Assembly: GCA_016839445.1 (NCBI GenBank)
Contig: JAEOUG010000027.1
Span: 35,113 to 99,112, forward strand
Reading direction: 5' to 3'
Source of the DNA: Candidatus Thorarchaeota archaeon
GTDB taxonomy: Archaea > Asgardarchaeota > Thorarchaeia > Thorarchaeales > Thorarchaeaceae
Length of the DNA: 64,000 nucleotides
The translations under genes were made by a program, and so were the position numbers. The notes beneath the pieces were generated by a model that saw only the letters and a list, made by a program, of their open reading frames with translations, was not told where the DNA came from and made no database searches. Below, one piece after another: positions 34,516-44,586 of this stretch (position 1 is its first letter; every line of letters begins with the position of its first letter).

Positions 34516-36879
34516 TCACTTCTTCTTGAGAACGATCACGAGCACAACAACCACAACAACTGCGGCACCGGCGCCAACCACAAGAACAAGCGTGGCGGGA
34601 AGACCGGGCTGCGTGACAGTAACGGTGACACTCAGTGAAACCGAATGACCGTATGGGTCAGCTGCCGTTATCTCAAACGTATAGCTTCCGGGGGTGAGAT
34701 CGACAATGCTGGTCAGGAGGCCAGTTGAATCGATGGCGAAGTTGATATCGTCGTCCACGGACCACTCAACACCAGACGGGTCCTCCGAGGTGTACTGAAC
34801 AGAGACCTCTCCACCAAGAACGATTGACACTTGAGCGGGACCTTGAATTGCCGATGGGGGCGTGAGGTCTTGTACAGTGACATTCGACTCGTAGCCCAAA
34901 CCGTGACCGGAGATGTGCATCACAGCGAGCATCACTTCATGAAATCCGTGAGCTAGACCATCCACACTCAGTTCGACTAATCCGCCATCCCAGCTTGCAG
35001 AATATGCCAACTCACCATCAATGAAGACCACGTAGCTACCAGGGTTCTTGGCGTACGCATTCCAAGTGAGCACATTGCCTGTTTCAAGTATCTCATACGA
35101 AACTGGAGTCGCAGATGTCAGATTCAGACTGCATTCCGGATACATATCATAGGCCACGGTGCCTGTCCCGTTGGTGATTGGATATCTCTCGATGCCTTCT
35201 CCTGTGGGTGGCACATGATCGCTCCACCAGTTACCGTAGGTCGAGTTTGCGTTGTACCACTCATTGTTCGGTTGACCCAACTCCTGCAATGCATTGATGC
35301 CATTCCAGCCGATGTCGTTCCCATAAATGGAACACCACATAGAGCTATACAAGTGAACTCCGACAGCGTTATCGTACACGATGTTTTCGAGCACATCCGT
35401 GTAGCCGGCATAGAGGAATACTCCGGCCTCGGTGTTGTCGTGAACTACGTTGTTCTCAACACGATTCAGGTTTGTCATCTCGATGTTTATCCCGTGCCCG
35501 ATTGTATCGTAGACTTCGTTGTAGGTAACATTATTGAGAGGTCCATGACTGACGATTCCACTGCCTGAGTTGTTGTAGACCACATTCCCTGTGATTGTGC
35601 AGTTCTCGTAGCCGTAGAGACTAATCCCACCTGTTGGTGTTCCATATCCGTTTCCGTAGACCTCATTCTCCTGAATCAGAAGGCCCTCGCTGACGCCGTA
35701 TGAGTAGGCGTATATTCCTCGATCAGTGTTGTTGTAGATCTGATTGTTGCGTATCTCGACATTCTCGGCAAGCTCTACAGAGATTCCACTCGGAGTGTTG
35801 TTCCATATCTGATTGGTGGAGATTACCCATCCCTCAGAATCAGGCCCAAGGTAGATCCCACAGAGCGCATTGATCATGACAGGCCACCACCCGTTGCCGA
35901 AGATGTCGTTCTGAGTGATGGTTCCGTTAGCGGAATACAGTGCGTACACACCATGATCAGAGTTGTCGTAGATGTGATTGTCAAAGATGTATGCGAATTC
36001 GGAGTTGTAGAAGTAGATGCCGTTCCGAGCATTATGGAAGATCTCGTTCCCTACTATTGCAGCATAATCTGAGCCCTCAAGATGGATCCCACACATCGGT
36101 CCTGTGTAGTACCAGTTGTCATGAATGATGTTGTTCTCTATGGTCATGTTGGAGCACTGGAGCGCCCAGATTCCGCTGTACTCGCACTCGGTTATCTCAT
36201 TACCGAGAATCGTGACGAAATAGGAGTTGTATGAGTAGACTCCCGAACCGAAATTCAGAGACGAGATGTGAGTGCCTGTGATCAGGGTGTTGTTCGACTC
36301 TTGTAGTCCGATTCCAGTGTAGAAGCAGTCGTAGATCTCGCAATCATCGATGTTTGCTCCATTGCAGTGATTAAGATAGATGGCTTCATTAAGAATGTCA
36401 GTCAGTGAGCAATTGGTGATGGAGAGAGAGTCTATTTGCTCGAGCTCCATCCCGAAGTGTGTTCCCTCCACTACGGTGTCGACTATCGACACCTGAGGAA
36501 CATCGATGATGCCGATACCATAGGAACTCCATGGTACAACGTTGGATATGTAGCAACCCCGAATCTCGAAGCACAGAGTGACGTGCTGAATCACCAAGCA
36601 AGTGGTGTCAGCGGTGATGTTGTAGCCCTCTATGACATACGGGGTCTCTGGAGCGCCGTTTCCTGCCCATGACTCGGCAGCTGCCATAGCATGGGCTGCT
36701 GTATCATTCAGGATCCAGATTGGACCATGAGTGTCATATGACGGGGCACTAAGCCCTGTGGGGCTTGGCCGTGTTGCAGCCGGAGCTACATCAGGAACAT
36801 GCAAAGCAATTGTTCCCGAGAGAAGCAACGATATTAGAAGTAGAACCATGAACGATGTGGCCTTTGAGATGGGCTTCAC
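34516..36879 (-). CDS. Surface protein with right-handed parallel beta-helix (NosD/CASH) repeats and C-terminal anchor
   Basis: W.GNG..ETPYVIEGYNI, many I..N.I..N...GI repeats, GNWWSD, C-terminal TM + KKK; GGAGG SD before GTG 36879. Confidence 0.85.
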   Translation of the reverse strand: MKPISKATSFMVLLLISLLLSGTIALHVPDVAPAATRPSPTGLSAPSYDTHGPIWILNDTAAHAMAAAESWAGNGAPETPYVIEGYNITADTTCLVIQHVTLCFEIRGCYISNVVPWSSYGIGIIDVPQVSIVDTVVEGTHFGMELEQIDSLSITNCSLTDILNEAIYLNHCNGANIDDCEIYDCFYTGIGLQESNNTLITGTHISSLNFGSGVYSYNSYFVTILGNEITECEYSGIWALQCSNMTIENNIIHDNWYYTGPMCGIHLEGSDYAAIVGNEIFHNARNGIYFYNSEFAYIFDNHIYDNSDHGVYALYSANGTITQNDIFGNGWWPVMINALCGIYLGPDSEGWVISTNQIWNNTPSGISVELAENVEIRNNQIYNNTDRGIYAYSYGVSEGLLIQENEVYGNGYGTPTGGISLYGYENCTITGNVVYNNSGSGIVSHGPLNNVTYNEVYDTIGHGINIEMTNLNRVENNVVHDNTEAGVFLYAGYTDVLENIVYDNAVGVHLYSSMWCSIYGNDIGWNGINALQELGQPNNEWYNANSTYGNWWSDHVPPTGEGIERYPITNGTGTVAYDMYPECSLNLTSATPVSYEILETGNVLTWNAYAKNPGSYVVFIDGELAYSASWDGGLVELSVDGLAHGFHEVMLAVMHISGHGLGYESNVTVQDLTPPSAIQGPAQVSIVLGGEVSVQYTSEDPSGVEWSVDDDINFAIDSTGLLTSIVDLTPGSYTFEITAADPYGHSVSLSVTVTVTQPGLPATLVLVVGAGAAVVVVVVLVIVLKKK

Positions 36880-36969
36880 TCGCAATCCTCCTAGAGAAGC
36901 GAACCGGAGTTCTGTTGAGCAATCGCCCTTATTACTAGCTCGATGCCAAGGGAGACCCGTGCAGATGTC

Positions 36970-37368
36970 ATGGAGAAACGTGCAGTGAAGAGTCTGAAGA
37001 TCTACGTCGCCGGCCCGTATACTGGTTCCACAATCAGAGAGATTGAGGACAATGTTGAGAGAGCTATGGAAGCAGGGCTCAGAATCTGGAAGAAGGGACA
37101 CTTCCCATACATCCCTCATCTCACGCACTGGCCGGATATGTGCGCCCAGCGCCTCAACATTGAGATGGACTGGCACGACTACATGAAGTGGCACGCGCCA
37201 TGGGTCGACCATTGCGACGCGCTATTCCTGCTGGGCGAGTCAAGAGGGGCCCTTCTAGAACTCCAACGTGCAACTGAACAGGAGAAGACAATCTTCAGGT
37301 CTCTTGACGAGATTCCGGTCGTCAGCCGCCGAGAAACCTGGGCAGACGAGATCTCAGGTACTCAATAG
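36970..37368 (+). CDS. DUF4406/DUF1937-like (nucleoside 2-deoxyribosyltransferase-fold) protein
   Basis: KIYVAGPYT, PYIPH, CDALFLLGESRGA..E motifs. Confidence 0.7.
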   Translation: MEKRAVKSLKIYVAGPYTGSTIREIEDNVERAMEAGLRIWKKGHFPYIPHLTHWPDMCAQRLNIEMDWHDYMKWHAPWVDHCDALFLLGESRGALLELQRATEQEKTIFRSLDEIPVVSRRETWADEISGTQ

Positions 37369-37457
37369 GCCATGCAACCAGCTGGAGATAGCAACCATCG
37401 AGGACAACCAGAGCTGACCATAGTCTTTCTTATAGAAGCGAGAACTACAGGACCGGG

Positions 37458-38264
37458 ATGTGGACTGCCATGCCGCACATAAGACCCATGAAAACTGACG
37501 ACTGGGAAGGATTCCAGAAACTGGACCTAGAAGTCTTTCCGAGAGACCCGGTGAAAGAAGATTGGTTCGTGACGCGCATACAAGAACCAGGATGCTTCGC
37601 CTTGGTGCAGGATGGAGAGGTAATCGGACAGCTCTTTGTGACTCGTTTCGGTGTGGACAAAGCGCATCTTGGACGGATTGGAGTTGCTAAGGCGCACCAG
37701 GGGAAAGGATACGGGTCCATGCTGCTAGAATATGCAGTCCAATGGTTCCAGAAAGACGGTGGAATAAGAGCAGCACACCTCTACACTGAGGACTACAACG
37801 AAGTTGCTCAGAGTCTCTACAAGAAGTATGGATTCAAGAGGATAGGAACAACCTGGCACTACTTCGTGCCATATGACTCGGTTGAGCCCAAGAACATGTA
37901 CACTTGTCATGAGATTGATGAAGAAGAGATCGATTCAGTTGCGGAAATCTTCCCATCCATCCCTGCAGAAGTGATCAGGAGATACGTGTCACGTGAGGAG
38001 GACGTGTTCATTGTGCTAGAGGATAAGGAAGGCAACATTCAGGGTGCTTGTAGATTCACACCCTCCTTTCCAGGGTGTATGCCCTTTGAGATCACGAAGC
38101 TGGAGTGCTTCGACGACTTCATGGTGGGCCTTATGGAATTCAAGCTTCAGGAACATGACTACTGTAGAGTGACCTTCACAGACAATCAGGAACTTGCAGA
38201 CCTCTGCCAGAAGAGGGACTATCGACTGCACCATCGGCTGCACAAGATGGAACTCATCCTGTAG
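37458..38264 (+). CDS. GNAT (RimI-like) acetyltransferase
   Basis: IGVAKAHQGKGYG, N..AQSLYKKYGF. Confidence 0.85.
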   Translation: MWTAMPHIRPMKTDDWEGFQKLDLEVFPRDPVKEDWFVTRIQEPGCFALVQDGEVIGQLFVTRFGVDKAHLGRIGVAKAHQGKGYGSMLLEYAVQWFQKDGGIRAAHLYTEDYNEVAQSLYKKYGFKRIGTTWHYFVPYDSVEPKNMYTCHEIDEEEIDSVAEIFPSIPAEVIRRYVSREEDVFIVLEDKEGNIQGACRFTPSFPGCMPFEITKLECFDDFMVGLMEFKLQEHDYCRVTFTDNQELADLCQKRDYRLHHRLHKMELIL

Positions 38265-38347
38265 AAGAGAAGTCAGCCGCCATTTCAGAAGCATCATATA
38301 CCAATTCGGGCATAGAGATGGAACTCGATGTCCAAAGGTGAGTCATC

Positions 38348-39232
38348 TTGACCAAGGTTGCCGTCATCTCAACTTCAGACAGAATCTACGGAGTAGACAA
38401 GTCCTTCGAACTCCTAGGAATCAACCCAGTCAGGGGCAAGAAGGTCGTCCTGAAACCAAACTTCAACACGGCTGACCCACCGCCAGCATCAACGCATATG
38501 GATACACTCAGACAGATCCTCGTCAGAATCCAAGAGATGGGTGCAGTGTCTGTCACAGTGGCAGAACGATGCGGTCCAGCAGATACTGAAGAAGCATTCA
38601 AGCGCAAGGGTCTCTACGAGTTAGCAGAGGAGTTCAAGTTCGGCATAGTGAACCTGTCCACAGCTCCTGAAGAGGAGTGGGTCATGAAGAACCCCGAGGG
38701 CAGCCATTGGGAGAATGGATTTCTCTTTGCGAAGGTGTACGATGATGCTGAGTGTGTCATTGAGACCTGCTGTCTGAAAACACACCAGTACGGGGGGCAC
38801 TTCACACTCTCGATGAAGAACGCCACAGCCCTCGTTCCAAGAAACGGATACCGGTACATGAGAGAACTCCATAGCTCGCCTCACCAGAGGAAGATGATTG
38901 CAGAGATCAATGCAGCCTACAAGTGGGACCTGGTCATCATGGATGGCGTACTTGCTTTCGTGGATGGTGGTCCGATGAGCGGCACCCTGAGAGAGGCAAA
39001 TGTATTTGTCGCAGGAACTGACAAGGTCGCCATCGACGCCGTTGGGGTGGCACTTCTGCGGATGCTTGGCACAACGCCTGAAGTTTCGAACGGGCCCATC
39101 TTCGAGCAGGAACAGATAGCACGAGCTGTGGAACTTGGCATAGGCATTTCTTCCTCTGACGAGATCGAATTCGTCACTGACTCATCCGAAAGCGATGAGC
39201 TTGTTGAAAGGATACGAGCACAGTTCAGCTAG
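38348..39232 (+). CDS. DUF362 domain protein
   Basis: VVLKPNFN, LKTH..GGHFTLSMKN, MDG....DGGP, DKVAID. Confidence 0.85.
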   Translation: MTKVAVISTSDRIYGVDKSFELLGINPVRGKKVVLKPNFNTADPPPASTHMDTLRQILVRIQEMGAVSVTVAERCGPADTEEAFKRKGLYELAEEFKFGIVNLSTAPEEEWVMKNPEGSHWENGFLFAKVYDDAECVIETCCLKTHQYGGHFTLSMKNATALVPRNGYRYMRELHSSPHQRKMIAEINAAYKWDLVIMDGVLAFVDGGPMSGTLREANVFVAGTDKVAIDAVGVALLRMLGTTPEVSNGPIFEQEQIARAVELGIGISSSDEIEFVTDSSESDELVERIRAQFS

Positions 39233-39851
39233 CCTGCGACTTGCTCGTCTGTCTTTGACGACTGGAAACCCGCTTCAATATGCCAATGGCGTAGGAGACA
39301 AGTAGCATCACCCCGAATAGCCCAGCTATGATGGGATTAGCGAAGTTAGCTCCAATTAGCAGACCATGGACGAAGGCGAAGGTAAGCACCACATACATCA
39401 GTCCGTGAATGAAACGCCAGTACTTCTTCACCCTGTTTCTCAGGAGTCCGGCTAGTAAAGCAGCATAGGCCAAGTACAGTGCGGGCCTTCCAGCAAGACT
39501 CCAGAATGCGTACCATGATGAGAAGTCAGGAACCATCACAAGCAGGCTACCTGAATAGATTGCGAAGGTGACGGGGTGTACTGTGATGAGTATGACACCT
39601 AGAATAGCGAACCAGTGATGAACTCTGAGGAACGGCCTTCCGAAGATCTGACGGACCTCGCGCATATAGTTGGAGAGCACTGTTGATACGAAGATTGAAA
39701 CATATCCGAGCAGGGCTCCAAGTCGAATGATGTTGACGTAGATATCGGGTTCTCCTAGAAGAGCAACGGATACAATAGGCACAATGTAGAGAAGTGCAAT
39801 ACTGACTAGCACGAGCGGTCTTCTGTGATCCTTGATGGACTGCATAGACAT
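39225..39851 (-). CDS. Ferric reductase-like transmembrane (heme b) protein
   Basis: His pairs in TM helices (LRVHHW...H; WRFIH...FVH). Confidence 0.7.
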   Translation of the reverse strand: MSMQSIKDHRRPLVLVSIALLYIVPIVSVALLGEPDIYVNIIRLGALLGYVSIFVSTVLSNYMREVRQIFGRPFLRVHHWFAILGVILITVHPVTFAIYSGSLLVMVPDFSSWYAFWSLAGRPALYLAYAALLAGLLRNRVKKYWRFIHGLMYVVLTFAFVHGLLIGANFANPIIAGLFGVMLLVSYAIGILKRVSSRQRQTSKSQAS

Positions 39852-39961
39852 CTGGAAGGAAGTCATCTGGTTTAAGTGTTGAGAAAGGCCGGGGGCCGAG
39901 AAGCTTCGCTGCCTGCACCATAGCCCGCTCGGAGGCATAGTGGAATATCCTCGCAAGACTT

Positions 39962-41326
39962 ATGAAATCGGAGGATTCCTGGGAAGCCAGGGGTATAGTT
40001 GTAGTGAAGCTAATCAGAGTCCTGTTGCTCCTCCTCGTGCTCAGTGCATTTCCAGTTCCGGTTTCGGCGGTCGCGGAGCCAGACTCACTTGAAGTGGCCC
40101 AATTAGCGTTTGAGTCGAGCGGACTGAATGAGAGCCTGCCAATAGACATCAGAACGAACGCTGACTTCGAGTCCAAGTACTCCTTCGAGGGCAACGGGAC
40201 ACCGGAGAATCCCTACCTGATTGAGAATCTGTACATCAATCTCAACTCATCTGAAATACCGGATGACTTCTGGCTAGACAACTACTCTGCAATCACCATC
40301 TTCTGCACTAGTGCACACTTCATAATCCGCAACTGCCTCTTTATGGGTGAGGCCAGGTGGGACAACGAGACCTATGTCGAACCGTTTCTGGACCTCCGCG
40401 GCTACGGTATCCATCTGCAGGCCCTCTCCAATGCGACGGTCTACAATAACACGTTCGTCTTTACGACTGTTGGAGTGTACGGATACTACATTCACGAATG
40501 CAACATCACTGGCAACAACTTCCTCGGCAATCCGCTGGCCCCCCATCCGATGGAATATGGTGTTGGTGGCATTGAGATTGAAGAGAACAGCGCGCACAAC
40601 ACGATATCATTCAATACAATGCAGAACTGCTGGAGCGGAGTTCTTCTGGAAGACACCCATGACAATTCGGTTCTCAACAACACAATAACCCAGTCAGACT
40701 GTGCCATTCACCTGTGGAGAGGAGCCTTCGACAATCTCGTATCGTTGAACAACTGCAGCTACAACTACTTCTACGGGATGGGCGTAGGGGCTGCCTGGAG
40801 CAATATGATCTCCAACAACACTGTCTGTTGGAACGTCAGAGCGGGAATCTTAGTGCAAGAGCAAGCTTCTGGGAACGTCATTGCGTTCAACCTAGTGGCA
40901 GGAAACGGGGTCCTCGAAGATGCATGGTTGCCTTCTGATGATGGTATCGACTACCTAGGTCATGGGATTTACCTTGAGGAAGGGAGCGATAATACCTTGA
41001 TTCAGAACGATGTGATTGGCAACAAGATCAATGCACAGAACGATGTTTCTGAGAACCTCTACGACGCCAACTACTGGTCAGACTACGAAGGCGTCGACTC
41101 TGATGGAAACGGGTACGGAGACACTCCCTACGAGATACGAGGAGTCTCTTCGGCGTACGATGAGAATCCACGAATGGAGTCAGTCTTTGGATTGGACCAT
41201 CTGTTCATTGAGAGTCCGGCAGACGGCGGCTTGAGCCCGGTGCAAGCTGGCATTGCAGTGACTTCGATAGCGGCAGTTTCATGCATCTCTATCATCTATA
41301 TCTTCAGTAGGAGAAAACCTGTCTAG
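39962..41326 (+). CDS. NosD-like parallel beta-helix surface protein
   Basis: GNGTPENPYLIENL, N-rich repeats, NYWSDY.G.D.DGNGYGDTPY, C-terminal TM; true start probably about 40004. Confidence 0.85.
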   Translation: MKSEDSWEARGIVVVKLIRVLLLLLVLSAFPVPVSAVAEPDSLEVAQLAFESSGLNESLPIDIRTNADFESKYSFEGNGTPENPYLIENLYINLNSSEIPDDFWLDNYSAITIFCTSAHFIIRNCLFMGEARWDNETYVEPFLDLRGYGIHLQALSNATVYNNTFVFTTVGVYGYYIHECNITGNNFLGNPLAPHPMEYGVGGIEIEENSAHNTISFNTMQNCWSGVLLEDTHDNSVLNNTITQSDCAIHLWRGAFDNLVSLNNCSYNYFYGMGVGAAWSNMISNNTVCWNVRAGILVQEQASGNVIAFNLVAGNGVLEDAWLPSDDGIDYLGHGIYLEEGSDNTLIQNDVIGNKINAQNDVSENLYDANYWSDYEGVDSDGNGYGDTPYEIRGVSSAYDENPRMESVFGLDHLFIESPADGGLSPVQAGIAVTSIAAVSCISIIYIFSRRKPV

Positions 41327-44300
41327 TAGATGAGTAGGAACCTTGCCTCGTTCTCAGCATCGACAGGACTAGGAGTCATTCCTAGGTCAGAGAACCTCTC
41401 AAAGAGGCGGAGGGACTCCTTGAGATGTGTTTCTGCCCCTTCTTCGTCACCCCTTAGTCTGAGCAAGGAGGAGTAGACTCGGAGCGTGTGCTCTCGGTAG
41501 TAAAGGTAAGACTCAGGTGCAATATCGATAAGCCGTGACTCAAGGTCCAGTGCCTCCCTCAGTAGTGGCTCCGCTTCATCGAAGCCACCCTTCTGCTTCT
41601 GGGCCACGGCAAGATTGGTGAGAATCTCCGCAACCCAGCCGGGATGAAGCTCCGGTGCCCGCACCATGTAGTCACGGAGCACTCTGACAGCCTCTGTCAA
41701 TCGTTCGATGGCTTCCCCGAGCCTTCCTGTCTGCAGAAGAAGAACACCACAATTGTTGAGGCTTGATGCCAAGTAGAGCTGAGTGTCCGCCATATCGATT
41801 CTCGTTTCTTGAAGGACCTCGATTGCTTCTATGAGTGATTCCTCTCCACGAGAGACCTCACCAGCACTGGAGTATATGATGCCCGCGACATTCAGAGAAA
41901 GCCCGAATCCCAACCCCCAGTCAAGGTGCCTCATCAGATCACGCCTTATGGAAACGGCCTTTGCGACAAGGTCCAGGGCCTCCTGGGTCCTGCCCTGTTC
42001 CAGGCATGCGTAGGCCAAACCACTAAGCGCATACCCAATCTGGCCTGCCCAATGCCCGGGCACTTCCTTTGGCATGAGTTCTAGGGCCGCAAGTGAGTCT
42101 CGAAAACGCTCCTGATCTTCCAGCAGATCTCGGGCATACGAGTAGTAGTAACCCAGCTGGTCCCTTATTGTGACCAGCGATTCTCGGAAGTACGTCTCGG
42201 CCATCTGAGGTTGCCGCAGAGTGCGCAAATAGAAGAAGGCAACATTCTGAAGTGTGATCGCCTGACTTGGCCTATACGTCTGAGGCTGCAGTTCGACAGC
42301 GGCTCGTCGGAGTTTCAGAGCCTGCTCAAACAGGTTTCTCGTTTCTAACTCATGTCCACGAAACTCCTGGAGAGCCCCGACATTATTCAAGAGTCTTGCA
42401 TAGGCACTGATCTCCCTTGGCGCATCGGGGGCCATCTCCAGCAGCTGTCGCTGAATCTCCAGGCTCCTCTGGTTTGGCTCATCGGCCTCTGACCACCTAA
42501 ACAGATTTGTACGGACTAATGCGAGAACGCTGAAGGAAATGCTCTTGGCACGCAAGAGGCTCTTGCTGCCTGGATCATCGATGCCAGAGAGTATGTTCAG
42601 TGATTCCAACGCGTGCTTCTCCGCTTCATCAGGCCATCTATTGAGCATGGACTGGGCCCGCACTATAAGCGACCAAGCCAACCCCAGACCATACTTGTCA
42701 GGCTCCTCGTCCGCAAGCTCCCTGCGGATAGCGATTGCCTCCTTGAAAGACTTCTGAGCACCTTCCTGGTCAGGCACCTCCAAAAGCATCCGACCGTACT
42801 GAGAAAGGCAGTCCGCAAGAAAATCGCGTTGCGCTGTTGTCATTTCTGTTCCCAGTCCCCGGAGATGTTCGATTGCAGATTGCAGCTCGACCTCTGCCTC
42901 GGCGTATCGACTGGACAGAAAGAGTGCCTTGCCTCTCAGCCCCTGAATAACGCACCTACCCATGCCATCACTCAGGACAGTGCTAGCCAAGAGATGATGG
43001 GCATCGTCGGCGAGATGACTCTCGATCAGCTCATCAACAGCCTCACGGAGCCTGGCAATGGCAATCTCACCTGACGCCAGTGAATAGGCTGAGAAAGCCA
43101 TCCCAAGGAGTGACAAGTCAGACCTCTCCTTTGATGCCGTCTCCAGACTGTCGGCCACATCCTCGACAGCATCCTTCAGTCTTGGCCCCAGCTCGCTCAG
43201 TACCAGCTCCTTGGCTAGCTCGTGCAGCACATAGGTGCCATCACTCTGTTCTCTGACGAAGCTGAGTCTTCTGAGTCGATCCCATTGGTCGGAGGTCAAG
43301 GAGGGCGACACGATGGTCATCACGCTTTTCGTGAAGTGCGGAAGGAGACCTGCATGGTTCACCGGCTCATGAAGACCCTCCACATGATCGAACAACCTCC
43401 TCCAGGTCCTCAGCCGCACCTCCCCAAGGGTGTCCGCCTGCAGGCAGTCCACATCCTCAAGTGAAACACGTTCGGTCTCCAACATGTCGCATATAGCGTC
43501 GATCACGAAGGGATTCCCTCCGCTCACGCTTACTATCCTTCTCTGAAGATCTCCGTCATTGACACTCCTTTCATGAAGCAGTTCAACACTGCTCTTCTCG
43601 TCCAGCTCCGTCAATTCATGCTGCTCGAGACTGACGTCATCGCGCAGGGCAGTAGAGATGGCTAGGCGTGTGGCAAGTACTCCTACGCTGTTCCTCACTT
43701 GTGAGAGAAACACGCACCATAGTTCTGCTTCAGAGATCTTCTTCCCTCCGTACTTCCAGTCCTTGCTCGCGTCATCCACATGCTCGAAGTGGTCCAGCAG
43801 GAAGAGAAGTGCTCTATCAGATTCCGACCGGGAGTTCAAATCCTCGGCCAATGCGTCCATGAAGAGAAACTGGGCGTGCCTTGGGGCTTTCCACAGAATC
43901 TCGAGCAGGCTCTCAATGTGGTTCTTCCCAAGACGGTCTTGCAGCCAAGCTGCCAATTCGCCATATCTGCTCTTGAGCTTTGGAGCAACCTTCGCACTGA
44001 TTGCGCCTATTGCCCCTCCAATGCTTGCTAGGGAGCCGATGAACGGAATGGCAACCAGGACTTCCTTTGCCCATTCGCGGCCCTCTTCCTTCACAGGCTC
44101 CAGACCCTCGACAAACCTCAGTCGGATCTGCCAGAGAACGTCGAATCGCGGCAGTCTTAATCCAAGCAGAACTGCTCCTTTTGCTAGCACGTTTAGTCTG
44201 GAGTAGAAATCAGCATGTTGCCTGCAGTCCAAGCGGATGGTAGTCTCTATCGTTCTGTTCCAGTAATCAAGCAGTGCGCTCTTCCCAATACCTCCAATCC

Positions 44301-44418
44301 CGGAGAGCTGCAGAACCACAGCCTTCTCCTTGCAGCGCAGAAGAGCATCTGACATCCAATCGAGATACTCCTCTCTGTCCACGAACACCTGCTCAGATGG
44401 CTCGAAGCGCTTGTACAA
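41323..44418 (-). CDS. STAND-class P-loop NTPase with winged helix and TPR array (NLR-like)
   Basis: FVDRE..L, Walker A GIGGIGKS, Walker B LFLLDHFE, GGNPF (GxP), LHEL (MHD-like), multiple TPRs (A..LNN.G). Confidence 0.8.
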   Translation of the reverse strand: MYKRFEPSEQVFVDREEYLDWMSDALLRCKEKAVVLQLSGIGGIGKSALLDYWNRTIETTIRLDCRQHADFYSRLNVLAKGAVLLGLRLPRFDVLWQIRLRFVEGLEPVKEEGREWAKEVLVAIPFIGSLASIGGAIGAISAKVAPKLKSRYGELAAWLQDRLGKNHIESLLEILWKAPRHAQFLFMDALAEDLNSRSESDRALLFLLDHFEHVDDASKDWKYGGKKISEAELWCVFLSQVRNSVGVLATRLAISTALRDDVSLEQHELTELDEKSSVELLHERSVNDGDLQRRIVSVSGGNPFVIDAICDMLETERVSLEDVDCLQADTLGEVRLRTWRRLFDHVEGLHEPVNHAGLLPHFTKSVMTIVSPSLTSDQWDRLRRLSFVREQSDGTYVLHELAKELVLSELGPRLKDAVEDVADSLETASKERSDLSLLGMAFSAYSLASGEIAIARLREAVDELIESHLADDAHHLLASTVLSDGMGRCVIQGLRGKALFLSSRYAEAEVELQSAIEHLRGLGTEMTTAQRDFLADCLSQYGRMLLEVPDQEGAQKSFKEAIAIRRELADEEPDKYGLGLAWSLIVRAQSMLNRWPDEAEKHALESLNILSGIDDPGSKSLLRAKSISFSVLALVRTNLFRWSEADEPNQRSLEIQRQLLEMAPDAPREISAYARLLNNVGALQEFRGHELETRNLFEQALKLRRAAVELQPQTYRPSQAITLQNVAFFYLRTLRQPQMAETYFRESLVTIRDQLGYYYSYARDLLEDQERFRDSLAALELMPKEVPGHWAGQIGYALSGLAYACLEQGRTQEALDLVAKAVSIRRDLMRHLDWGLGFGLSLNVAGIIYSSAGEVSRGEESLIEAIEVLQETRIDMADTQLYLASSLNNCGVLLLQTGRLGEAIERLTEAVRVLRDYMVRAPELHPGWVAEILTNLAVAQKQKGGFDEAEPLLREALDLESRLIDIAPESYLYYREHTLRVYSSLLRLRGDEEGAETHLKESLRLFERFSDLGMTPSPVDAENEARFLLIY

Positions 44419-44586
44419 GACCCCTCGCCTTGTGAAACGTAATGCTCTGTATTAGCTGAGGTATCTCATAAGCCAGTCGGTGTCCCATCTGGAATCGGCT
44501 TAGAGAGGATCAGGAGCAGCCATGAGCCAGAGGTGGTCGCAATACTTATTGCAGACCGAGTCCTGCAGGTTCAGCCGGGGAAGCGA

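Noticed and set aside
36880-37212. N-terminal 111 aa of the 898-aa track ORF
   Set aside because: Overlaps the divergent DUF4406-like gene; signal peptide and SD indicate start at 36879
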